Source: an uncultured Muribaculaceae bacterium (GTDB lineage Bacteria > Bacillota_I > Bacilli_A > RF39 > UBA660). Taken from it: a stretch of DNA of 64,000 nt. Location of the stretch: positions 1,970 through 65,969 of the forward strand of contig CAZVUP010000004.1 in the NCBI GenBank assembly GCA_964630365.1, written 5' to 3'. A program made the translations under genes and the position numbers. The notes below the pieces were generated by a model. That model ran no database searches, was not told the origin of the DNA, and saw only the letters and a list, made by a program, of their open reading frames with translations. This document shows, piece after piece, positions 57,255-64,000 of this stretch. Position 1 is the first letter of the stretch. Each line of letters opens with the position of its first letter.

Positions 57255-58529
57255 CTATTCTTTAAAATCAAAGTAAAAATCTAAAATACGAACTTGGTCG
57301 CCTTCTTTAGCTCCCATTTCAATTAATTTATCATCAATTCCCATTTTTCTTAATTTCTTAGCAAATCTATAAACTGCCTCATCACTAGAGAATTTAGTCA
57401 TCTTAAATATTCTTTCAACTTCCTTACCACTAACAGCCCATAAACCTTCCTCTTCTTTAGTAATAGTAAATGGCTCTTCTTTTTTAAATTTATAAAGTAC
57501 ATGACTCTCAATCTGAGATTCATCATAAAGTGGATTAGATGGAATAGTATCTAAAATATCTGCTAATTTATCAACTACCGTATTTAGTCCCGTATTAGTA
57601 GCAGCACTAACTTCAAATATTTCTAAATCAACTTTTTTCTTAAATTCTTCTAAATTTTCTTTAGCACCAGGAAGATCCATTTTATTCGCAATAACAATCA
57701 TTGGTTTTTTAATAAGTTTCTCATTAAAAGCTTCTAGTTCTTTATTTATTAAAAGATAATCTTCATAAGGATTTCTTCCCTCACTACCGCTCATATCAAT
57801 AACATGAGCAATAACTCTCGTTCTTTCAATATGACGTAAGAATTTATCTCCTAATCCTTCACCATGACTAGCACCCTCAATTAAACCTGGTAAATCTGCC
57901 ATAACAAAACTTCTACCATCACTTGCTTTAACAACTCCTAAATTAGGATTTAATGTTGTAAAGTGATAAGCTGCTATTTTAGGACGAGATCTAGACACAC
58001 AAGAAATAATTGTACTTTTACCAACACTAGGAAGTCCAACAAGGCCAACATCCGCAAGCATTTTAACTTCTACTTTTAAATTTTTAACTTCTCCTTCTTC
58101 TCCTCTTTCCGAATAATCAGGAGCAGTATTTGTTTGCGTTTTAAAAGCTGTATTACCGCGACCACCACGACCACCTTTAGCAATAACTTCTTCTTGATCT
58201 TTATGAGATAAATCAGCTAAAACCAATCCTGTATCTAAATCCGTAACAACAGTACCAAGTGGTACTTTAACAACTAATGGACTAGCACCTTTTCCATGTT
58301 GATTCTTTCCACGTCCTGCTTCACCATTACTACCTTTAATAGTTTTTTGATAACGTAAATCAAGTAAAGTATGTAGTCCTTCATCAACCTTAAAAATAAT
58401 ATCAGCACCATGTCCTCCATTACCACCATAAGGTCCACCCATCTCTATATATTTTTCACGACGAAAAGCAGTACAACCATCGCCACCTTTACCAGCTTCT
58501 ACCTTAATTTCTACTTCATCTACAAACAT
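57255..58529 (-). CDS. obg: GTPase Obg
   Basis: The N-terminus is MFVDEVEIKVEAGKGGDGC, a glycine-rich Obg fold. GTPase motifs are GLPSVGKST, DLPGLIEGA and NKMD, and a C-terminal OCT domain is present. Confidence 0.95.
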   Translation of the reverse strand: MFVDEVEIKVEAGKGGDGCTAFRREKYIEMGGPYGGNGGHGADIIFKVDEGLHTLLDLRYQKTIKGSNGEAGRGKNQHGKGASPLVVKVPLGTVVTDLDTGLVLADLSHKDQEEVIAKGGRGGRGNTAFKTQTNTAPDYSERGEEGEVKNLKVEVKMLADVGLVGLPSVGKSTIISCVSRSRPKIAAYHFTTLNPNLGVVKASDGRSFVMADLPGLIEGASHGEGLGDKFLRHIERTRVIAHVIDMSGSEGRNPYEDYLLINKELEAFNEKLIKKPMIVIANKMDLPGAKENLEEFKKKVDLEIFEVSAATNTGLNTVVDKLADILDTIPSNPLYDESQIESHVLYKFKKEEPFTITKEEEGLWAVSGKEVERIFKMTKFSSDEAVYRFAKKLRKMGIDDKLIEMGAKEGDQVRILDFYFDFKE

Positions 58530-58569
58530 ACAATCACCACCTATCTTATTATATCAAATATCTCTTAAT

Positions 58570-59757
58570 TTAATCTACACTTCTAAAATAACTATAAGCA
58601 TTATCTTCTAGTTTTTTAATTAACCTTTTACCTCTAAACACTTCACCAAAATTATAAAAATCTTCATCTTTCATAATCTTTTCTAATAATTCTTCCATAA
58701 AAAATTCTAACTGTAGTAAATCACTAACACCAAAAATATTTTCAAATAATTCGGTATTATTATATAAAGCTAAATAATTAAGTAAATCTCTATTCTCTTC
58801 AAAAAAATATAAAACATAATGAAATAAACCTTGATAAGAGTTTTTTAGTTTTGCTTCATCTTGTGCCCAAAGTACCATTCCTTGTAAACGTCTTAAATCA
58901 TTAACGGCATTTTCTTCCGTATGAACTTCATCAATAAGTCTATAAGGTCCACCATGCATCTGTTTCAAACCACAACCCTTATCTCCTGTTTCAATAGCAT
59001 GTCTTAGTTCATGAAAAAAGTTATGATCAATATCACCAATCTCTAATAAAGAAACTAATGGAAAATATAATATACTGCCAATATTATCATCAGTATTACT
59101 AAGGATTTGTGTCGTAGTAGCAAGATTAGGATATGTTGCTGATTTTAATATTGATAATATTTCAGAAGTAGGCAAAAGACCAAATTTTTCTCTAACCTTA
59201 GCAGTAATTCTCTTACCCCAAAGTGAGTTTTCTAAAATATATAAATCGCAATTCTTATTTAGCATTTCCATTGTACTATTTAATGCTTTTATAGTTTCAA
59301 TATTATATATTGGACTAATACCTAATCTCTTACAGGTTCTTCTGTATTCTGCATCAAATATTGTTTTGTCTTCCTCGCTAAGTGTCTCATCTAGTAAAAA
59401 TGAATAATCTAGTTCTAATAACTTTTTAGCTCCACGACGAACATTAAAAGTACTACTCAAGAGATTAATATATGGCTTTCTAAATTTTCGAATAGCCTTA
59501 CTTTCCAATCTTGAAAAGTTACAAGCTTCATCAGTCATTCTTTTAGCAAGTTTAGCATCACCCCTAGCATGTTCATAAAGCTTAACAACAGTCTCAACTG
59601 GATCAACGTCAAATAAATATAGTGTATTTCTAAGACGTTCTTCAATTATATCACGATGTTCTTCTCCATAATCTTCCATATAAATATCAAGTAAGTTACT
59701 TTGATATTCTAAAACTGCCTCTTCTGGATATAATACATTTTCATAATTAACTGCCAT
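58570..59757 (-). CDS. HExxH-motif protein, paralog B (putative cytoplasmic zinc metallopeptidase fold)
   Basis: Motifs include FFHELRHAIETGD, DEVHTEENA and WGKRIT. The start is set at MAVNYEN after AGGTGGTGA. Confidence 0.6.
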   Translation of the reverse strand: MAVNYENVLYPEEAVLEYQSNLLDIYMEDYGEEHRDIIEERLRNTLYLFDVDPVETVVKLYEHARGDAKLAKRMTDEACNFSRLESKAIRKFRKPYINLLSSTFNVRRGAKKLLELDYSFLLDETLSEEDKTIFDAEYRRTCKRLGISPIYNIETIKALNSTMEMLNKNCDLYILENSLWGKRITAKVREKFGLLPTSEILSILKSATYPNLATTTQILSNTDDNIGSILYFPLVSLLEIGDIDHNFFHELRHAIETGDKGCGLKQMHGGPYRLIDEVHTEENAVNDLRRLQGMVLWAQDEAKLKNSYQGLFHYVLYFFEENRDLLNYLALYNNTELFENIFGVSDLLQLEFFMEELLEKIMKDEDFYNFGEVFRGKRLIKKLEDNAYSYFRSVD

Positions 59758-59769
59758 ATATATCACCAC

Positions 59770-60969
59770 CTACTTCTTTTTTGAATTATCTCTTAGCTTT
59801 TTCACTAATACTCTACCTTCTTCTTTTATTTCACGAGAAAAAGCAATTTTATCTCTCCTTAAAGAAAATCCCCTTCTTAATAATTCTTCAAATTTCGCCA
59901 AATTATCTTTACCAAAATAAGATTCAAAAGAACTAATGGCATTATTAATCGCAAACCTATTTAAAACCTCACAATACTCATCAAAAAACTCTTCTAAATT
60001 TAATTCTGAATATAAATATTCATATTCATTTCTATATCTACTAGGTAAAGGTTCTTGAGACCATAAAACTTTTCCTTTAAGTGCCTCTAAATCGCGAAGA
60101 GCGTTTTTTTCAGTTCTAAGTTCATTAAACAAATCATAATGATTACCAATATTTGTACTAAGGCCTGTTGATAAATCACCAAGCTCAACAACATGTCGTA
60201 ACTCATGAAAAATTATATTATCAAGAGCTTGATATTTTAATCGTTCAATAACTGGTAAATATACAAAACTATATCTAGCTCCTCCAGATGAAACTAGTCT
60301 CCCCGTAGCACCTGAAGAATCAAGACTTAATATATTAATAATATTATCAACACTAATTTCACTATACCAATTAGAAAGCTTTCTAGTGATTCTCTTACCC
60401 CATTTAGTATTTTGTAAAAGATATCGTTTTTCATCTCTTTCAGCATTTCTTCTATTACTCTCTAAAATAGTAATATAAGCGCTATCAGTTAATGGTTTAA
60501 CACCTAAACTAACACATTGTTTTAGATAATCTTTCTGTCTTTTTAGTATTTTACTTTTCACATATCTTGGAACCTGTGCATTGTTTAACATACTAACATT
60601 TTTCGTACTAAAACTTGAATAGTCAAGCTTTTCAAGTTCAGACATGGGTACTTTCTTAGGTTTAAAAAAACTAATTAACATTGAATAATACCCTGAATAA
60701 ATATGTTTATGATTCTTCCTAGCTGCCTTAATATAATCAAAGTATTCCTCTTCGACATATTCAGGAATATCAAAACGTTTCAATTTAGCACAGAATTCAT
60801 ATGTACTAATAGGATCAGAATCAAACAAATACATAGTATCATAAATTCTATCAGCCATTTTAGTAATCTGTTCTATTCCATAATCATGTGAATACAAGCT
60901 AAAAAGATTTGGAATATAATCCAAAAAAGCTTCATCAGGACGTAAAATTGCATCTAGCTTCACACTCAT
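59770..60969 (-). CDS. HExxH-motif protein, paralog A
   Basis: Motifs include IFHELRHVVELGD, NELRTEKNA and WGKRIT. The protein is 399 aa and follows a GGGGAG RBS. Confidence 0.6.
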   Translation of the reverse strand: MSVKLDAILRPDEAFLDYIPNLFSLYSHDYGIEQITKMADRIYDTMYLFDSDPISTYEFCAKLKRFDIPEYVEEEYFDYIKAARKNHKHIYSGYYSMLISFFKPKKVPMSELEKLDYSSFSTKNVSMLNNAQVPRYVKSKILKRQKDYLKQCVSLGVKPLTDSAYITILESNRRNAERDEKRYLLQNTKWGKRITRKLSNWYSEISVDNIINILSLDSSGATGRLVSSGGARYSFVYLPVIERLKYQALDNIIFHELRHVVELGDLSTGLSTNIGNHYDLFNELRTEKNALRDLEALKGKVLWSQEPLPSRYRNEYEYLYSELNLEEFFDEYCEVLNRFAINNAISSFESYFGKDNLAKFEELLRRGFSLRRDKIAFSREIKEEGRVLVKKLRDNSKKK

Positions 60970-60995
60970 ACTAAACTCCCCTTTAACCAGTGCAT

Positions 60996-61024
60996 ATTAT
61001 ACCATAAAACACTTATTTTAGCAA
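60996..61024 (-). promoter_or_regulatory. Sigma-A-type promoter (extended -10) for the HExxH-HExxH-obg unit
   Basis: The minus strand reads TTGCTA (61019-61024), a 17-nt spacer, then TGgTATAAT (-10 at 60996-61001). It lies immediately after the rpmA terminator. Confidence 0.6.
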
Positions 61025-61048
61025 GAAAAAAGAGCCTTACTGGCTCTT
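61025..61048 (-). terminator. Rho-independent terminator after rpmA
   Basis: AAGAGCC (61030-61036) pairs with GGCTCTT (61042-61048), and T6 follows on the minus strand. Confidence 0.6.
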
Positions 61049-61054
61049 AAAAAT

Positions 61055-61345
61055 CTATTTACCTTCTGGGTAAACTGAAGCTCTTTTCTTATCTCTTCCT
61101 AAACGTTCAAATTTAACGATTCCGTCAACTGTAGTATAAATAGAATCATCATTACCACGACGAGTATTTACACCTGGGAAAACTTTAGTTCCTCTTTGAC
61201 GATATATAATAGAACCAGCTGTTACAAATTCACCATCAGCTGCTTTAGCTCCAAGTCTACGTCCTGCTGAATCACGACCATTAGATGTTGATCCTTGACC
61301 TTTATGGTGTGCAAATAATTGAATATCTAATTTCAAAAATTTCAT
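61055..61345 (-). CDS. rpmA: 50S ribosomal protein L27 (with a cleavable N-terminal extension)
   Basis: The protein reads [26 protein letters not shown]... The [11 protein letters not shown] junction matches the Prp cleavage context of Bacillota L27. Confidence 0.95.
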   Translation of the reverse strand: MKFLKLDIQLFAHHKGQGSTSNGRDSAGRRLGAKAADGEFVTAGSIIYRQRGTKVFPGVNTRRGNDDSIYTTVDGIVKFERLGRDKKRASVYPEGK

Positions 61346-61357
61346 AAACTTTCCTCC

Positions 61358-61660
61358 TTATTTTACTTGAATATTTTCTGGATAATTACCTTCCAGTTCC
61401 TTTAAAAGACTAACCATATTATTAATTAGTATTTGCGTAGTAGTATCCGTACTTTTAATATCAATACTCATACCCTTTTTACTAACTAAGTAACTTAGAC
61501 TATCCTTATTAAGTGCTAAAATACCATTAACCGTAGTTGTAACAATACTACTACAAGCACTACATACAATATCTTTTCCATAATCATCATATAAAGCATG
61601 ACCAAGAATTGTAATCTTTTTGTATTTAGCTTTTTCTTTAACAACATTTACATTAATCAT
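61358..61660 (-). CDS. prp: Ribosomal-processing cysteine protease Prp
   Basis: The 100-aa protein carries GHALYDDYGKDIVCSACS (the His and Cys dyad) and lies between rplU and rpmA. Confidence 0.9.
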   Translation of the reverse strand: MINVNVVKEKAKYKKITILGHALYDDYGKDIVCSACSSIVTTTVNGILALNKDSLSYLVSKKGMSIDIKSTDTTTQILINNMVSLLKELEGNYPENIQVK

Positions 61661-61662
61661 AA

Positions 61663-61965
61663 TTAACCATTAATTTTAGTAATTTTAATCTTTGTATAAG
61701 GTTGTCTATGTCCTTGAGTCTTACGATTAGATCTATCTTTACTTTTATATTTGAAAACTTTAATTTTCTTAGCTTTACCATTCTTTAGAACTTCACCTTG
61801 AACAGTAGCATTAGTAAGATAAGGATTACCAACTTTAGAATCAAGCATTAATACTTGATCAAAGTTAACTACATCACCTGCTTCGCATTCTAACTTTTCA
61901 ACGAAAATTTCAGAACCTTCAGTAACATAGTATTGCTTTCCACCAACTTTAATTACAGCGTTCAT
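61663..61965 (-). CDS. rplU: 50S ribosomal protein L21
   Basis: The start is set at MNAVIKVGGKQYYV after AAAGGAGGT. The upstream part of the ORF-track ORF is the leader region. Confidence 0.95.
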   Translation of the reverse strand: MNAVIKVGGKQYYVTEGSEIFVEKLECEAGDVVNFDQVLMLDSKVGNPYLTNATVQGEVLKNGKAKKIKVFKYKSKDRSNRKTQGHRQPYTKIKITKING

Positions 61966-62060
61966 ATATTTACCTCCTTTTTTTAAACTAAGACTCGCTC
62001 TTAAGGTACGTAAATACGTTTTTACCTTTTCAATGCGGTTTGAGCATGAGGCGTCAAACA
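61966..62060 (-). promoter_or_regulatory. Structured 5' leader of rplU (candidate L21 ribosomal-protein leader)
   Basis: About 95 nt lie between the predicted TSS and the rplU ATG. The leader contains the hairpin AAGGTA-n14-TACCTT and is relatively GC-rich. An L21 leader is known at this position in Bacillota. Confidence 0.45.
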
Positions 62061-62065
62061 TCTAG

Positions 62066-62094
62066 ATTCTATCATATGAAATAATCTTTGTCAA
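62066..62094 (-). promoter_or_regulatory. Sigma-A-type promoter of rplU-prp-rpmA
   Basis: The minus strand reads TTGACA (62089-62094), a 17-nt spacer, then TGaTAGAAT (-10 at 62066-62071). Confidence 0.65.
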
Positions 62095-62123
62095 GTTGAA
62101 TCAACAGTTCAAAAAATAAGATT

Positions 62124-62151
62124 TAAAAAAGAGTGTATTAAAAAACACTCT
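62124..62151 (-). terminator. Rho-independent terminator
   Basis: AGAGTGT (62130-62136) pairs with ACACTCT (62145-62151), and T6 follows on the minus strand. Confidence 0.6.
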
Positions 62152-62162
62152 ATATAAAAACC

Positions 62163-63998
62163 TTATTGATATTGAACAGGCACCAAAGAACTCATAACAG
62201 TGCTATACTCTTCTTCATTTAAAATCATTCCCTCAAATATTGCCTGATACATACTATTGCCTTCACTAAGTAATCTATTAACTTTATTAACCGCAACAAG
62301 TACCCCATTAATATTATATAATCGACTACTAACTCTATATTCTTCTAAATTACTAGAATTAATACCCAAATCAACTTCTTCTTTGAAATCTAAAACATTT
62401 AATAAATAAGAATCCATCTCTTCATCTCTAATAAAGAATCTCTTACTTTGGCATACACTATAAAATGTTTCTAAATCTTGTACAGGCATATTTAAAGAAT
62501 TTAATACTTCTAATCTTTTAATATCACAAACATTAAGTATACCTAAATCTTCTTCTAAAAACTTTTCATATCCTAGTTCAAGTAAACGTTCAACTTTAAC
62601 CAATAATTCACTATCAACTAAAAACAAATAACTAGTAGTAGTTTTCAAATGACCTAATAAATCATAACTTTTAAGTATATCTAAATTATTTTGTAAAAGT
62701 AAACTATTACCTATTAAGATATTTCCATTATTAGTAAACATATTAGGATTTAAACTATAACTCTCAAATAATAATATATTATTCTTTAGTAACAAATATT
62801 TTGGACTATCACTACAAAAAACATCAAAATTACCTAGTATAAATTCATCACTTAATATACCTCTATCAATATATCCCTTTATTTCTTTAACAGTAGCTAA
62901 GTCTGTACTTTTTAAAATTTTAAATAAAATATCACTACTTAATCCTGTTTTAGAAATAATTTTTAATATATCTTCTACCTCTTCCAAACTATTATACATA
63001 ATAGCTTCAATACTTTTACTATCAACTTTTATACCATAATCACTTAAAAGGACTTGATATTTAACATTACTTTTACCATTTAATGACTCATATTCTTTCG
63101 ATAGCTCTTTATAATATTTTGCATTATGTTCATAAATAATTTCTAAAAAAGCTCTTTTTATTTCTGGATCTTTAATTAAATAAAGAATTCTTAAAACATC
63201 TGTAATTTCTTTTTTTTGTAGTCCTTCATCAAGTATTGAAACAGCTAAATCTAAATTACTAAGCTCTCTATATTTATTTTTAGCATAATCCTTAGCTTCT
63301 TTATCTATTTTTCGAACTCCTTCAGAAATTCTATTAAATAAGGCAAAAACTTCGCTAAGAGAAGTTAAACTTGATAACCCTTGTTTAATATATTTCTTTT
63401 TTAAATTATTTGCATTTCTAATAACTTCTCTTGGAGCATTCAAATCACTTAATGCACCCGCTAATCTTTCATGTATCTCTTGAACATCACGATTAATACA
63501 TCCAGCAGCATAATAGACATTCATCATATTGTTAATCAATAACTGATCTTCAAAATATAATTCAAAAAATTCTGCAATTGGAAAATTAATACTATCTGCA
63601 TGACTCTTAAGACTAGTCAAATTATCAATTATATCTTCACGCAGTTTTAAATCAAAAGACATTATTTTTGATTTTATTGAACTCTTCTCTTTTAAATATC
63701 TAACTACTTTTTCACCTTCACCGCTATCCGCAATTATTTCAGATATATATATTGTGTGACTTAATGATTGATAATCCATTCCTGAAACTACGGGATAAAC
63801 TATCCTATCAACAATTCTTTCAGCCTCTTTCTCAGATGGATTAGGATTTAAAGTTTGTGAAAAATAAAGTACTTTTAAAAGATATTTCATATCATAACCA
63901 ATAAAATCTTCTGGCTTAGAAATAAAATGATTCTTACAAAAATCACTAAGAGGATAATATTGAGGTATAAAAACATAATCACTATCTAATTCTTTTTT
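62163..63998 (-). CDS. Large alpha-helical hypothetical protein, 5' end possibly outside the window
   Basis: The reading frame stays open from the stop at 62163 to the window edge (…KKELDSDYVFIPQYYPLSDFCKNHFISKPEDFIGYDMKYLLK…). The first in-window ATG is at 63890. The sequence is rich in Leu/Ile/Asn helical segments. Confidence 0.5.
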   Translation of the reverse strand, partial: KKELDSDYVFIPQYYPLSDFCKNHFISKPEDFIGYDMKYLLKVLYFSQTLNPNPSEKEAERIVDRIVYPVVSGMDYQSLSHTIYISEIIADSGEGEKVVRYLKEKSSIKSKIMSFDLKLREDIIDNLTSLKSHADSINFPIAEFFELYFEDQLLINNMMNVYYAAGCINRDVQEIHERLAGALSDLNAPREVIRNANNLKKKYIKQGLSSLTSLSEVFALFNRISEGVRKIDKEAKDYAKNKYRELSNLDLAVSILDEGLQKKEITDVLRILYLIKDPEIKRAFLEIIYEHNAKYYKELSKEYESLNGKSNVKYQVLLSDYGIKVDSKSIEAIMYNSLEEVEDILKIISKTGLSSDILFKILKSTDLATVKEIKGYIDRGILSDEFILGNFDVFCSDSPKYLLLKNNILLFESYSLNPNMFTNNGNILIGNSLLLQNNLDILKSYDLLGHLKTTTSYLFLVDSELLVKVERLLELGYEKFLEEDLGILNVCDIKRLEVLNSLNMPVQDLETFYSVCQSKRFFIRDEEMDSYLLNVLDFKEEVDLGINSSNLEEYRVSSRLYNINGVLVAVNKVNRLLSEGNSMYQAIFEGMILNEEEYSTVMSSLVPVQYQ

Positions 63999-64000
63999 TC

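Noticed and set aside
61966-62061. N-terminal extensions offered by the ORF track. Affected genes are rplU (to 62061), recD2 (to 22163), pilD (to 41069), the surface protein (to 19719), the TPR-A protein (to 56588), the transglutaminase-like genes (to 48839 and 47791), mutS (to 10260) and the tgt-downstream ORF (to 43069).
   Set aside because: The internal starts have Shine-Dalgarno sequences and remove overlaps with upstream genes. They also restore canonical N-termini or signal peptides. The extensions cross promoters, leaders or neighbouring coding regions.

Overview
This is a visibly AT-rich, gene-dense 64-kb chromosomal segment with Bacillota-type gene order. I cannot name the organism from sequence alone. 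About 58 of roughly 62 credible genes lie on the minus strand; only four lie on the plus strand. Recognisable housekeeping genes are xseA, nusB, mutS, map, recD2, mtaB, helD, a PMM/PGM, a CBS-domain family II pyrophosphatase, a dnaB/dnaD-type replication initiator, pilC-pilD, tgt, queA, ruvB, ruvA, yebC, obg, rpmA, prp and rplU. I found no rRNA, tRNA, CRISPR array, transposase, integrase or obvious prophage. Lineage-specific clusters sit between the core genes. (1) A three-gene operon encodes an FHA-FHA-ABC transporter, a membrane Ser/Thr-kinase-like protein and an exported alpha/beta hydrolase; the kinase-like protein has degenerate catalytic motifs and a 13-fold Cys-hairpin ectodomain. (2) A YD/MORN-like repeat protein is followed by four tandem paralogs, each an internal duplication of a ~150-aa module. 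(3) Two 399-aa HExxH paralogs sit between rpmA and obg, where B. subtilis has spo0B. (4) Downstream of obg lie a Rossmann-like protein, two giant TPR-like paralogs and an Hpt-REC fusion. (5) An iPGM-like protein lacks key metal-ligand motifs. (6) Two divergent transglutaminase-like proteins are encoded by overlapping genes. All functional calls rest on motifs read by eye from the translations, and no database search was possible. Several ORF-track starts were moved to internal ATG or GTG codons that have a visible Shine-Dalgarno sequence.
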